A stretch of 64,000 bases of DNA from Penicillus capitatus (Eukaryota > Plantae > Chlorophyta): contig OZ287696.1 of assembly GCA_965649825.1 (NCBI GenBank), positions 1,942,081-2,006,080 of the forward strand, given 5' to 3'. The position numbers and the translations under genes were made by a program. The notes under the pieces are model-generated. The model searched no databases. It was not told where the DNA came from and saw only the letters and a list, made by a program, of their open reading frames with translations. Positions 12,808 through 26,000 of this stretch are shown here, piece after piece; position 1 is the stretch's first letter; each line of letters opens with the position of its first letter.

Positions 12808-13765
12808 AATCCGATGACATCGGGTATGCAACAAAGAGCGGGGGAATCGAATGCAGAAGCATCATCATCCTCGGCAGGTTGGGACATCTTCCCGGCTTTG
12901 AGACGATTCACCTCGGGCATCGATCGAAGACATCAGAAGCATTTTTTCGGGAGGTTTACTTGTTTTCGGAGTTTGGCGGGAAGCGTGGTGTCGCCAAGAT
13001 TTCCTTGTCAATGTGATTGTCTTGCCGCGCAAGGATCAAATGTTGTCAGAGGCGCTAGCTGTCTTGTCATACCGGTTCAATGGGGCCAAAGGGCCGTTTT
13101 TCATGGTGATGGCAGCGTGATGACTCACCTGCCTAGGAAGTCGCGTCATCACGCACGTAATAAATGGACAGTCTGAACCATTCTAGACCTTGCTCTGTAA
13201 ACAAGCAAGTCTTCCGATGTTGAGTTCGTTTAGCGTGGCGCCTCCACGTGACAGACAGTCTTACTCACACGAACTACTCAGCACCTCAGAGTTGGTTTTG
13301 AACTGGCAAAAGCTCTTCGCGGCTGCAGCAGCACGTTCGCTACCCTCAGCATGATTTTCGTATTACAAAGACGAGCGAGGTGTGTTCGCAGACAAAACGA
13401 AAGTGTTTTATATCTTTGCGGGATTCACCGCTCGACCAGGGGGCGCTGAAGACGTCTTGGCAACAGTCACAGGTGAGAGAATGAAACAAGACGACAACTA
13501 GATCTTTAATCCAGAGCAGGCCACACAAAGTTAGTCGGGTACATAGTCCAGGCACGTAGTAAGCGTCACCTTGTCCCAAGCGAGACACATCTTACATTGG
13601 TTCACCTTCCCCGAAATCCGACAGTGTCCAGAGTCGCCTGCATTGAAACTGATCGCTAGTGCAGCGGTCGATGTGTCTGCTTCGTTGTTCAACCGTTCGG
13701 CGATTTTCTTGATGGCCGTCATTTACAGATGCATTGCGTGACAGAATCGCCTCCGCGTGGATGCG

Positions 13766-15988
13766 ATGGCGAAGTACCGGCCGCAACGAAACGTGTGGCG
13801 TCGAGTGTGTATCTGATCTTTACAATGACCATTCCGACTCTTCTGTCTGTGTTGCTTAGGAAGAGAGACAAGACGATGAGGCAAAGGAACGACGTTCGTC
13901 GCTCTTGACTCTTACGACAGGAAGAGCGATGGACGGATACTCATGGGTAGCTCGAAGTCTCAGTCTTTATGGACGTCCCAGTAATGTATTATACCGTCCG
14001 TGGCAAGAGAAACGACGGAAAGCCGTTCCAAAACAAAAACGCCGCCACGAACGGCGAAAACAGCAGAAAGAGGCAGATCCCGGCGCGAACGCCCAGTCTA
14101 TGCGGTTTTGGACGAAGGCAAAAGAGTACTTTGCTGAAGTGACAAGCACTGGTGTGAGAGATCGCTGAGTGTCATGATTAGATGTGCCTGGCCAGGTCGA
14201 TGCTTATGAGCTGACTGTCGAATCTCCAACCCCTCTGAAGAATTACTGTCTTCCTGATCAGACGGATGAGATGCTTGAGGCCATGGAAAGACAACGTCAG
14301 GAGTGGCAGCCCCTGCCAGAACATCTCTCCCTTGCGGCAGCATTAAACGGCATCTTTAAACAACGATCTCCGCCACATGAGGACAGAGAAGGCGCCACAG
14401 AGCACAACGAAATGCATTTGATTGAAGAGGAGGAGGAACGGCGCTCAGTTTTCGAATTGGGAGAGATACGGGAGGAAATCGAAGCAACGCCCCAGAAATC
14501 GGCGCATCTTTTGGAGTTTGATCATCCCCTGTCCCTTCGACGGCCAACCAAGCGAAGAGAATCGGAACTGCTAGAACCGAGTTCGAGGCATACGACTGCC
14601 GAAAAGGAAAAAGAGAACAGCCCTGTGCAGCAAGATCCATTTCAGGCACTTCTGGACGCCTGTCACCAGTCGCACCTGTCCAAGGAGTCGCTGCCCTCAA
14701 TGGATGTCCTTCTCAGTGAACGGCTAAAACTGGAAAAAGTGAGACTCTTTGCAATATCTACTAGTTGGTATGCGAAAGCGTGCTAGACAGTTAAGATTGG
14801 CGAGGGTGCTTTTGGAGAGGCTTTTAAGCATGAAGACATGGTGGTGAAAATCGTTCCGTTTGCGGGAAGCACATTGGTCTGTGGTTACGAGCAGAAAGAT
14901 GCCGAACACTTCCTTCCGGAGGTCCTCATCAGTCATCTCCTTTCCGATCTCCGTGGTCCGTCCATTCAGACATCGTACATCCAACAGCTGCCGTTGCAGG
15001 AGAGAGTGAAAAATCGACGCAGCACGCATGTCCCGGTTTTGCCCATACATCTGACACAAAGATCTGCCATGGACCTTACCCTGCTTTACTCGTGCAAGAA
15101 TGGGAACGGTAAGTCTTCATACAACAGCACGAAAATCGTGTGAAAAAATTTGCAGATGGGCGACACGTCACGGCACGGAGAACGATATCGTTTCGTGCTT
15201 TCCTGGACATCAGCTGTTTATTGTCTTCTTTATCGAGGATGGCGGCTGCGACTTGGACAGTTACCCTCTCAGATCCTTTCAAGAAATCAAATCCGTGCTC
15301 CTGCAAGTTAGCAACAGTTTCTCACACTTCTCACACTTATCGTATTCTATAAAGGTAACAATGAGCCTTGCGATCGCCGAGGCTGCTTATCAGTTTGAGC
15401 ATCGCGATCTGCATCTTGGCAATATCTTGCTGAACAAGGTTGATCAGGGCCATCACTTTACTGTTAGACTCAAGGGGAAAGATATCGATCTCTGCACCGA
15501 AGGCATCCGAGTGATTCTCATCGACTTCTCCCTTTCTCGAATCGATTCTGGAGAGATCACCGTTTTCAAAGATCTCACTCTGGAACCTGAAATCTTTATG
15601 GGTCCAGCGAGGGATCCTCAAGTGAGCCATGGGATGTGTCCGTCTCGATGAAGATCTTCTCTCAGGCAGAAACGTATAGAAGGATGAAAAGAGCTGTCGG
15701 AGATAATTGGCAGGGGTTCTTTCCCCAGACAAACTGTCTCTGGATTCATTATCTGTCGGATGTGTTCCTCACCTCTAAGCAGATCCCCCTCACCAAGTCC
15801 GAAAAACAGGACATCCGAATCTTTAAGTCCGTCTCCTAATCTTTTTGATGCAGTTTAACTTTTATGGCGACAGGCGTGCTTGCATAAAGGCTAGCTCTTG
15901 TGGCGATCTCATTCTCGATGACTTCTTCAAAGGTCTCTGGGTACAGCGATCGCTAAGGACACGAAGAAAGAATGATGAAAATGTGTGA
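13766..15988 (+). CDS. HASPIN: Haspin-family histone H3T3 kinase
   Basis: KIGEGAFGEAF, VVKIVPF, CHGPYPALLVQEWE|RWATRHGTEND, EHRDLHLGNILL, IDFSLSR, YRRMKRAVGDNWQGFFPQTNCLWIHYL; N-terminal YFAE|VDAYEL motif; ~8 short GT-AG introns. Confidence 0.92.
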
Positions 15989-16113
15989 GATGTATGAAAG
16001 AGTGTTTCTCTGGCATACGTCAAGTTTGTATGGGGTTGGTTACATCTATTTCATCTTCTTTCACAAAATGGAGCGCCACATGAAGAATCGTCGATAATTG
16101 TAAAACAGACAGC

Positions 16114-18634
16114 TCACTGATCCCGTTCTTCACGTTTCTCCAATCTCTGAACACGTCGTTCTCTCAATTCGGATGTCGAAGGCCGTCCCTGATCGACTGG
16201 AGGCGTGTCTTGTAGTGGTGGAGGTCGGGCAGAAGTGGACGGCTGGGCATCAACGGGTGGAGGTTGTTGAACAGAAGTGGACGACTGGTTGTGAACAGAA
16301 GGCGCTTGAGCAGCAGCGGAGGACTGGGCATGAACTGGCAGAGATTCATAAGAGACTGAATTCGTTGTGTTCGGTGCAAGTACAGATTCCGTAGATACAG
16401 AGCTCGATGAAGGGCCACCTGTATCTGCCGTCGGTGGATGCGTCGGAGGTACAGACTCTTCATTTCGCGTCACTTGAGCCTAGACAAGACAGCAACACGA
16501 TCACTTGTGCCGCAGAAGCTAAAGATATGACAAACATGTAGAAATTCCAGCTGTCTCTGCACAGATTCCATCGTAGCTTCCATGGACGCTTGCTCGGCCA
16601 TATTCATTGGCTGTGTGGCCGAAAAGGCCGCCGCCATGCCTGATGCCGCACCTGCTGCAGCAGCTGCTTGAGCAGCAGAGGTTGAAGCATCATCTCCCCT
16701 CTCTGCCGAACTCGACGAACCTAGATATCTCTTCAATGTCATCGACAGGAGAGAATGTGCAGAGGGGTACCTGATTGTGGGATATAAGTGACAGGGGGCA
16801 TCATGACGAGTCCGGTATATGGACTGTAGGCAGCAGCCGCCACGGCAGCGGCAGCCGTGACCCTTTGCCGATCTGGACTGTTGCCTTGAGGCGCCAGCAG
16901 AGTGATGGGCGCAGAGAAGGAAGACATTACGGGTACAAAAGGCACACCAGCGACACCATGCTGTGCAGGGTTCATGACAGGTTCCGGATTTTGTTGTCCT
17001 GCATACTGGATCTGTCCGTTGACAAAAGTTGCCATCGAGGTAATCGGCAGAACATTAGGATAGTTCCACACCACACCCAGCTGCTGACCATTCCACTGAG
17101 GCAATCTCTGCTGAAGCGGGACGTTCTGCTGATCTGTCTGCGACACAGCTGGTGGATTTGGAATAGTTGGCTGAACGTGATCGTCTCTCTGAATGGCTGG
17201 ATCCATTGGCAATGGCTCTTCGGGAACCTGTGCCTCTCTTGGCAGTGCTGCCTCTTCTCCGTTGTTCAAATTCTGTCACCGCATATCAAAACCGCACGTC
17301 AAATCAGATTCTTGTCGCAATGGCATCGTACTTGGAATAAAGCCGCAACATCTTGGGGTTGATTCTCGCGTGGCTCTGCTGGTCGACCGTTGCGTGCACG
17401 TGGCTGTGGCTCTGGATCTCCAGGAGGAAAGACAGGATTTCGGCAGGTTGGGCAGTTCTGCTGTCTCTCCATCCATGATCGTAGACAATGAAGATGGAAG
17501 ACATGTGAGCACGGCAGCTTCTTATTGACTGTGGCCATCGTCATTTCTTCGCGGCAAATAATACAGATGTTATCACAACGGGCCAAATCTGCTTCGGTTG
17601 CATCGGGAAAGAGATCCATTCTTGATGTGACTCTTCTGTATCGCAGAAAATCTCGGACCCGGTTTCTAAAATTCCGAATCGTCCAGTACAGGTCTCGAAT
17701 CTGCAAGGCCTCATGATGTGACAGTTCGAACGGAAAATGCCGCTCACCAAATGAATGGGTAGACTGTATTGTATGAAAACAATGCCAAAGAAGATCAAAT
17801 AGACACAGAGGTGCACCAAATCTGTCAGAAGCTCGAGATAGAAGACATAGACTCCCTTGGATTCCCAGCGTCCCTCCAACAAACCGTCCAACGATGCAAA
17901 GCAGTATTTCACAGCACAGCTCGAAATGGTCGACATTTGAATGATGTACTCAAAAGCGAACAACAGCATCACGGTATGTCCACCGCTTTGAATGACTCGA
18001 TCCACTGTGTACTGCAGAAAGAGTAAATCCACAAACTACAGCGCCGCCATAGTGTGAAGAAAAGAGTGATTGATGTGACAGGCGTACCATGAGAAGGAAG
18101 ATGAAAGAGGCAATGCGAATATGCTGCAGCGCCGAAATGTGAGGTGTGATCTCGATGTAATCCACACGATCTTGGACCAGCCAATGAAAGACTTTGATGA
18201 ATGTGACCGTTGTGAACATCACAACGAATCCAACTCGAAATTCTTCCCGGAAGATCGTCATGGCTAAGCAGGTCTCCATGATCGCAGAACTAACACGCTC
18301 ACTTAAACGCTCCACCTCTGCATCACGTAATGTCCCCAGAAACAACTAAAAACGTGAGAATGTGTCATGTGTTGTTCTGTTTTTGAATGGGAGAGGTGCC
18401 TTAGTGATGAGACGGTAGCAACAGAGGGCACAGGCAAAGGCCATGTTTCCGAGAACCGCCACCGCCAGTTTTGACGTTGACAGGTAGACGACCGAAGAAA
18501 AGTACCTACAGCAATTGGGTGTATTGTGGAGAGGCCAGTGAGACAGCACACTGTTCTCGGGTGTAGAAGGCGTGATAAATAACGGCTGCCGCCGCTAACG
18601 TGCTGAGGATAACGTAACGAGGAAAGCTCCACAT
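16114..18634 (-). CDS. HRD1: ERAD E3 ubiquitin ligase Hrd1/synoviolin
   Basis: Multi-TM N-terminus ([55 protein letters not shown]|IRDLY), RING-H2 CIICREEM...[27 protein letters not shown], and a Pro/Gln-rich tail. Confidence 0.94.
18346..18399 (-). other. GC-AG intron (54 nt) in HRD1
   Basis: YRLITK|LFLGTLR join; the intron starts GCACCT, ends TTTTAG (in-frame stop if unspliced) and has no usable GT donor. Confidence 0.88.
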
Positions 18635-19179
18635 GATTCGCCGAAACGCGAAGGTGCGTACGTTCGCGATGCGCAATCGCTTAGGAAGCAAACTGTCGTA
18701 CCATTCACTACTTCGTGTCCTGTTGAAAAGACAGCCTCCTATCAAGTGACGTATAGAATCGCATTTAGCTGACGTAGCGCCGAGAGAGGGCCCAGTGCTC
18801 ACGAAGAACAGAACTCTGCCAAAACGGCGTTGACGTCGGCCGTCGTGATCAGGAGCGATAGGTAGCTCCAAGGAAGGAGCAATTTTGCAGGACGCTCGGT
18901 CACACACGCCGAGTCATCATCTCTTCTGTCGATCTGACTGTCAGTCACATCACCGAGCGTCGCCATGAGTTTCGCTTCGATCCGATGGCGTAGTATCGCA
19001 CATTCTGCAAACCTCTATGTATGGAGATCAGTAGCCCGTGGCTGTCACATCAAACAAACTGCTCCGTTCATTGCATTGTATTGCATTCCATCCGTGCGTG
19101 CGTGCGTTCGTGCGTTTCAAGCACGTGTTCTCTCTCTCCAAGCCGTCTCAACTCAACAGGCTTGTCTGTTCGTTCGACA

Positions 19180-21771
19180 ATGGAGTTGGTTTTGAATCTG
19201 CTGTCTTCATTACTCACCCATTTACCGACTGTCTTGTCGACATGTTGCGTTGTCGTTGCCACCATCCTTCTTACGACATACATCTCATACAGAGCATGAC
19301 TTGCCGGGGCAGGAGATGGGTCATGTGAACTTGTTCTTCTTTTAGGTCTTCCAAAACAGAACATCCCGAATCCTGCGAGAGGCCGAAACGAGATGGGCGA
19401 CCAAGAAGGACAGAGAAGCTTCCGTTCTCATTGAGTCTATCCCTTCAGGATGGTTCAATATTCTCATGACTGCCGTTTGGCCTTCACTCCTGGAGAGATT
19501 CTTCGCCAAATTGGCAACCGAACGATTGGAGCGCGCTTTCTGCAGACGCATTAAGAATCAGAAAGGCAAGTTTCCGTGGCGACACTTGGCGAGGGTTGAA
19601 GTGGAACATGTCACTCTTGGGCTCACACCACCTCAGTTTCAGGTCCTGTCCCTCTCACTCTTTTCATATAAGAAGAGTGATGTTGCAGCTGATTTTGGCA
19701 AAATTTGATCCATCGAAGCAAACGCTCAAGCTCGAGGCAGATATGAAATGGACACCTTCAGCATTTCAGGTACCGAGTGCATCACACGGCGTCAAAAGAG
19801 TGAGAATATGTTTTGCAGATTGTCTTGTCACCAGTCATGCATTCTCCGATCTTTCCCAAGACTCGCTTCCTCCTATCGAATCTCGATATCTCTGGTCGCA
19901 TCAGTGCGACACTCACACTCTGCCCTCAGCAGCCGGGCATCAAGTGCGATTGCTCTGCTCTGAGGATTTCGCGCATTCGCGTTCTGTAGGCTCTGTGAGT
20001 TGAGTTTCCACGATGTTCCATCCATCGATCTTCGAATCACGCCACTGGGTATGGCACTGACGGATTTTCCTGGAATTCCGGAGTCTCTTCGCGGAACGAT
20101 CGTAAAACTGCTGACCAAAGGAATGGTCCATCCCAAGAACATCACACTCGACGTGTGCAAAATCTACGAAACGCTACGAATGCGACAGAGAGGCGGCATC
20201 GGTGGTCTGTTGACTGTGAATCTTTCTTCTGCAAGCAGACTCTGCGCAGCGACGATGCCTGGAGGCACATCAGAGCTGTTCTGTGAGTGTACCTTTGGCA
20301 AACACACATTCCGTACGCCAATCCGCAGCGGCACAGAGTCGGTACATTGGGATTGGAACTGTGGGATTCGATTGGATGATAAGATCCCTGCTCTACTTGA
20401 CCAAGAAATCGGCATAAGGCTCTTCAATTCAAAGAGCATAGGAGAGCCGACACTCTTGGCCAAGGGCACGGTATCGTCTTGTCTCACACATTTATCACTC
20501 TTTTGATGGCTGTGCAGTTTTCTTTGAGGGACGTTGGATTGGAGGCATTATATTCGGGGATTGTTTCCAAGGCTGTTTCGTTAGAGAACCATACATCTGA
20601 AGAGAAAACTCTGATGCATCTCACCCTCCAGTTGTCCATACCATCAGAGGGTGAATCTGCGGATTCGTCTAGCAACTCAGTTTTGCAGCAAAGAGAGGCT
20701 ACGATCGATGTGACGGATCCTCCAAGTCCATTCGTAGAAGTGCAGAATATACCACCCCTTACAAACTCCCATTCGATGCCAGTTCTACGCAAAGATGGCC
20801 TAGATAGAAGGGAATTGTATGATGAGAAGGTAGAAGCCATCAAGGCGGCTCTCGTACGACTGAGTCACACCAAAGCGTCTAAAGAGTCTGACCCCGACGA
20901 TATCGCATCCAGTCAGCTTCAGCTGTCAACCTCCTCCACAGACTCCCTTCATCTCCTTGATGAACCGAGTGAATTCCTGGAGTCCGATCCCGAAAGTCAG
21001 CAATCGCCACCCACCGCAACGACACAGCTGTCACCGGGACGTTCGGACGATGTCGGTCGAGGAAATGGATTCGCGAATCTTTTGCATGTGGATGAGAGAG
21101 TAGCATATTTGCTTGATCTAACAGATCGTGTCTGTATAGGTATCGCAGTTTGATGAAGTACTTCGTCGTGACCGATTACTCTATAAGCAGCAACTGGCAG
21201 AAATGGAAGCGCAAGTATCACTCCTACAGAAGCAATTATTGGCCGAACAGAACAAGCGACTTGATGAAGGACTTAGATCCCTAACAGAAGGCAAAGCGAT
21301 TGATCTCCTTCCATATGTGCGTGATGATCATCTCGTATGTGATTAGGAGCTTGTTTCATAGTACATAAGCGCCACGAACGAGCATCAAGGCAAGTTTGGT
21401 ATGATCCTGCGGGTCACACATTGAAATGGACTTCATGGAAACTCTCACGGCGAGAAGCATCCTCTCAGATGTGGCCAATAAAATCGCAGCCTCTTTATCA
21501 GATTTCCGAGATCCGGAAGGGGGCACAGTATTTTCCAAAACGGACATTCTTTGGTTTAAGCGCACTGAAGAGCTTTCTTCAGTGCAAAGTGGGCGGTCAG
21601 GTGCGAGAAGAGCCGGTGTTGGTAGAGGAGAACTGCTTTTCCATTCTCTCCATCGACAATAAGGCATTGAATCTAGAAGTGCCCTCCGGTGGCAACGGAC
21701 GCTGCCGAGATGCATGGGTGGATATATTGGAATCGTTGATCCAGAAGAGAGAGTTACCGAAGGCACTCTGA
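19180..21771 (+). CDS. Membrane-anchored SMP + C2 + coiled-coil + PH-like protein (extended synaptotagmin/tricalbin-like)
   Basis: N-terminal hydrophobic anchor; SMP-like SGWFNILMTAVWP...VEHVTLGLTPPQF; C2-like GLLTVNLSSASRL...FCECTFGKHTFRT...VHWDW; C-terminal PH-like EG|ACFIVHK...WYDPAGHTLKW...ISEIRKG...ENCFSIL...CRDAWVDILESLI. Confidence 0.7.
19294..19345 (+). other. Probable GC-AG intron (52 nt) in the SMP-C2 gene
   Basis: Joins the TM exon (…ISYR) in frame to VFQNR…; donor AGA|GCATGA. An in-frame TGA precedes the only GT in the interval. Confidence 0.7.
21291..21346 (+). other. Probable GC-AG intron (56 nt) in the SMP-C2 gene
   Basis: LTEG|ACFIVH join with donor AAG|GCAAAG; the in-frame GT alternative would give a 26-nt intron, far below the local size range. 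Confidence 0.65.
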
Positions 21772-21779
21772 CGATACAG

Positions 21780-22156
21780 ACAGATGACGTGACTGGTACT
21801 TGTGACAGACACTGTAGAAACAACAGAAGAAAAAGCATCATCAGAAAATTCATATTTTTCTCTTTATGACAGGCCGCAAATCGTCTTCGCCACATGAAAC
21901 GAGCAATGCTAAGTGTGGAGATGTGTGGTTTTCCTGTAAGTCTATTCGGCCAATGCCTCCACAGACGATCTTTTCTCCTGTCCTTGTCCAATCAGATGTA
22001 ACGATCGGCCGATCGATCGCTAACCGTCATAACTGTACAGACGGATGTTTTTTTCTCTGCCGCCTGCGTCATGTATGATGACCGCAGACGAGGCGACGGA
22101 TTTCGATACATCGAATCCTGCCTCAGATTGTTGTAGATGTTGTTGACAAAGAACAT
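21780..22156 (-). CDS. Candidate small Arg/Lys-rich spliced protein, unknown function
   Basis: ATG 22156 (MFFVNNIYNNLR…) lies head-to-head with the DUF3783 gene, and a downstream exon-like frame reads RKDRLWRHWPNRLTGKPH…FMWRRRF. Exon joins and 3' end are unresolved. Confidence 0.25.
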
Positions 22157-22209
22157 TCTGAACTTGTATGTCTTATCGAATAAAGATTGTGAACTCGTTA
22201 GCGGACGAG

Positions 22210-22899
22210 ATGTTCAATACCTGCCTCCTTGATACGACATCCACCACGATCCGCGGCAGAATGCCTGTCGCATTCAAGACACGACTGCGTAACACCGTCA
22301 TTGCCGTCGGTGCTGTGCACTGCCGCAAGAAAACGATACCGAGGAGATCGCGCACGGTCCCTCCATTCATTCAGCGTCGTTCCTGGATAAGAAGAGCGGC
22401 AGTTGAGGAGGAGGATGCCTCTGAGGGGCCTGTGCTGGAGAGACTGGATCTGAGTAGCCGAGGTGGATTGGGAGGAACCAGTGAAGACGTTTTCGGTCCA
22501 TTGGCTGTCGCTCTCGTGGGATTCTCGCAGACAGAGTACGATCAATTCCGAGATCTCCTGCGTCAGATGGACGGGGATTGTGTCAAGACGATCCCATGCT
22601 CCGCCACGCATCTGGGCGCCTCGTTGCAAACGGTGCTGCATTTGGAGAATGTCGAATTCGAGTCTGGTCCCCTCGGGCTGCGCCGGACGATTTTTCTCTC
22701 TGGCATGTATGCAGCGGAGGTCCACGAGATCATTTCTGCCTATCGAGATGCTCGTCTGCCCCCTGCCGTTTTTGCGGCGTATGTGCCGCGAAACAAAGAC
22801 AAATGCATTGCCGATTTGGTCGAGGAGGTTTACGATGATCATCTGTATATGCTCCGACAACGGAAGGCCGAAACGAAGGACGGCGATGTCCGCGAGTAG
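22210..22899 (+). CDS. DUF3783-family protein, probably plastid-targeted; intronless
   Basis: Transit-peptide-like N-terminus, then GPLAVALVGF…RRTIFLSGMYAAEVHEIISAYRDARLPPAVFAAYVPRNKDKCIADLVEEVYDDH. Confidence 0.72.
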   Translation: MFNTCLLDTTSTTIRGRMPVAFKTRLRNTVIAVGAVHCRKKTIPRRSRTVPPFIQRRSWIRRAAVEEEDASEGPVLERLDLSSRGGLGGTSEDVFGPLAVALVGFSQTEYDQFRDLLRQMDGDCVKTIPCSATHLGASLQTVLHLENVEFESGPLGLRRTIFLSGMYAAEVHEIISAYRDARLPPAVFAAYVPRNKDKCIADLVEEVYDDHLYMLRQRKAETKDGDVRE

Positions 22900-23035
22900 A
22901 GACAGACACAGAGTGTAACCTTGTGACTTCAGCAAAAGTGTGAGAAGCCAATGCCTTATCTATAACCTTGTACAAGTCTAAAGAATAGAAAATGCATTGG
23001 TACGATGTCAGACATGACAGACGGCCCTTCACACG

Positions 23036-26000
23036 TCAGTCATGTTGCTGTGTTATTTTCTTTGGAATGACAAGATGATCAATCATCTGGTCACACATCA
23101 CAAAAGAGTGAGAAAGATCGGTTGGATGATCAAGACGCACTCGGAACTCCATGTCAGCGTCTGTGTGATGAACGTCACGCAAGTTCTTCCAGTCCGGCAC
23201 CCATCGGCTCGGAAACTCAGCTTCGTGTGATCCGCCCTGCATCGCATGTGTACTGGTACATAGGAGGTTAGGTACGTGATTATGCCTGTGTTTGGAGGCC
23301 TCCTCCGTTTCCTCGCCAACGAGGATCTTCAACCCATCGCTCCGGAACGCGATCGACAGCGATGGAGAAGAGCTCCAGATCGCCATTCGCATGGATCTTC
23401 ATCCGACTGAAACCTTTGAAATGAGGAATGCGCAATGCGGAGAAGGCTTCGTCGTAATGCACGTGAAAGAAGCAGCAGGAGACATAGAGGTAAGACCCAA
23501 AGACAAGTCCCATTGCCGGCGAGGCCAAGAGCCAATAGTAGGCCAACATTCCCAAGTAGTACCCAACCGTCTGCAGCAGCCAACAATCGTCGATCTGAGT
23601 GGAGTGGATGACATTACTTGGAGCCTTGTTAGAGAGGCCCAGGTCCCTTGACTGCTGCAAATGGCACTGCGCCCCACTGCCACCATTTCCGGAACGTCAA
23701 AGGCAGCCATGAAGTATTTGAGGATGCGTGGATAGACGCCCAACGAGTAACGCTCGAGGAAAGCGCGGACGCCCATTGGATCGGGAAAGTGGGCATCGAG
23801 GAATGATTCGAACCAATGGAACAGAGAATGATACCCACTCTGTCCAACAATATCATTCCTAGGATGCACACGTTCCTACAGGTCGAGCAAGGAACGGAGA
23901 TCGATCACTTGATGCAGGTGTAGATACCCACTTCCAGGATGAGCATCAATACGATGGCCATGGAAAGATGTGCCAGTGTATGAATAAAGGCAAAGACGCC
24001 GCACATTGTATAGCCACCTGTCCGGATCTTGAATCCACGAAAGGCCCCTCGACGCAAATGCGGTGCAAATCCGCTGAGCCATCTCTCGCCTGATGTCCAA
24101 TTGCTCAGTCAATGGTGTGCATTCGCCTGGTGCCGATGACCTTTGAGATGGATGATGTCCCACGGAGAGGGCGGCGGCGCACATCCGACACTTCCTTTCA
24201 TAGCGAAGAGAAACGTTCCGGTGTACAGAACGATCAGCGCCAGTAGAGAGATGTAAGATTCGCTGATGATATCGATGAATGTATCTTTGAAGCATCTGAG
24301 CAACGCGACGATCGCCATAGGGAAGCTTGGCATCTCCAAGATCATCGATACACAACTGCATCGGGGAAACACCGACCAGACCAGCAAAAAATACCACAGT
24401 GCTCCCACCAGATCAAACCGTGTGTTCTGTCGAGTGCGTCAGTGCATTGAGGGAGCGTCGAGATGGGGAGGTACCATGGATCGGAATCGAGACAGGTTAT
24501 CTTTGCCGAGTTCCAGCGATCGTTGCGGAGAGGGATAGGATGCCTTGCAGACATACTCTCCTGCATAGGCGCTTTCTGGATCCGACGGCGTCGACGTGTC
24601 CGGTACGAGTTGACCAGGAAGCTTGGCTCCCGAAAAGACGTGTGTTGGATGCAGGAATGCACCACCAGTGCCCTGAATAATGAGATGCTCTGGATCCAGA
24701 GAGCAGACATCGCATGCCGATCCCTCGTGGAGAGCAGGATCGAGACTGGTAGACCCATGTCCCATCTCGAAAGGTTCCGATTCTTCTGTCCTCGTCAGAC
24801 TGTGACGCATGTAGAAATGTAAATCACCTGGAAAATGGGCCAGTGACAAGTGTGGGAGGTGCAAGGGAGACACCTGCAATGTGAACGCGTGCTCTGCCTC
24901 TGAGATGTTCACGAATGAGATCGCGAAGATTGGGAGCGGTAGAGTCCGGACTGCACGTCAGCCAATCTTCCATCCAGATCGGCTCGTGTGTCATGATGAT
25001 GACTTGTGATTCCGATGTCAAGTGTTCCTCGATCAACTGTGCAAAATACCTGCAGGCAGGATAGGTCAGCGGGCTACGTGGAATGTCGCTGACCTGTATT
25101 GACACATATCTATATCCCAGACAAGTGCCAGATCGGCAGCAAATAGCCACCAATCATGTGGCAGTGCCAAAGCGAAGTAGCTCTTTTCTTGAGGTAATGC
25201 CCATCCTCCTAACCACCCTCTGCACACCACAGCCTTCAGCACTCTCATCCCGTTATTGATGATTGATTGACCGGTGGAGAATATTCTGTGTGAAGACTTC
25301 GAGGCCATCGTGCCAATCATGGTTCCCCGGAATAGCAAAGCACTGTGGGGGTCGTTTGTTTGACGGCGATTCTGAGACCATCACACCATACATGACTGAG
25401 CGTCAGCGATCGGACGTGCTGTGCAAGGGAGAACGGACCGTCTTTCAAGGCAGCCTTGTGCATGACGAGTTTGCCAGAGTGATCTTTGGGAGATGACATT
25501 GCATCGTCGAACGGAGCAAACAATCGATGCTCGTAGTTTTCGTAGGATGGACTGGGATACGCCAGATCTCCACCAAGCATCAGCAACTCTGCTCGCGGCA
25601 GAAACACGTTCTAGCAAACAGCATAACGCAAAAATCCAACGATTCTTTTCCACTTAGCCACGCCACCTTCTCGTGCAAAGGCGTGATCTCGTTGATGACA
25701 CGCAGTCGTGGGGCGGCTAGGGCTCGAGCAACGGTATAGGTTGAATTGCCGCCATCTCCTGTGTCGGCGAAAAAATCGAGCCAGAGTTCGTCCTGGTCGC
25801 GAAAAGTGAGAAAGGTAAAGCCGTCTCCTTCATGAGGTCCCTGACTCCATAGATCCGATGTTGCTGCCTAGAAACGGCGCCTCTTGTCAAAGGCATTGCC
25901 TCGTGGATGGCCACACTTGCATCGTTCGCATGTCGAATCGTCCAAGGAAGAGTTTCAGAGAGATCGTGAGATCAAAAGACATCTTGATCATATCTGCCGA

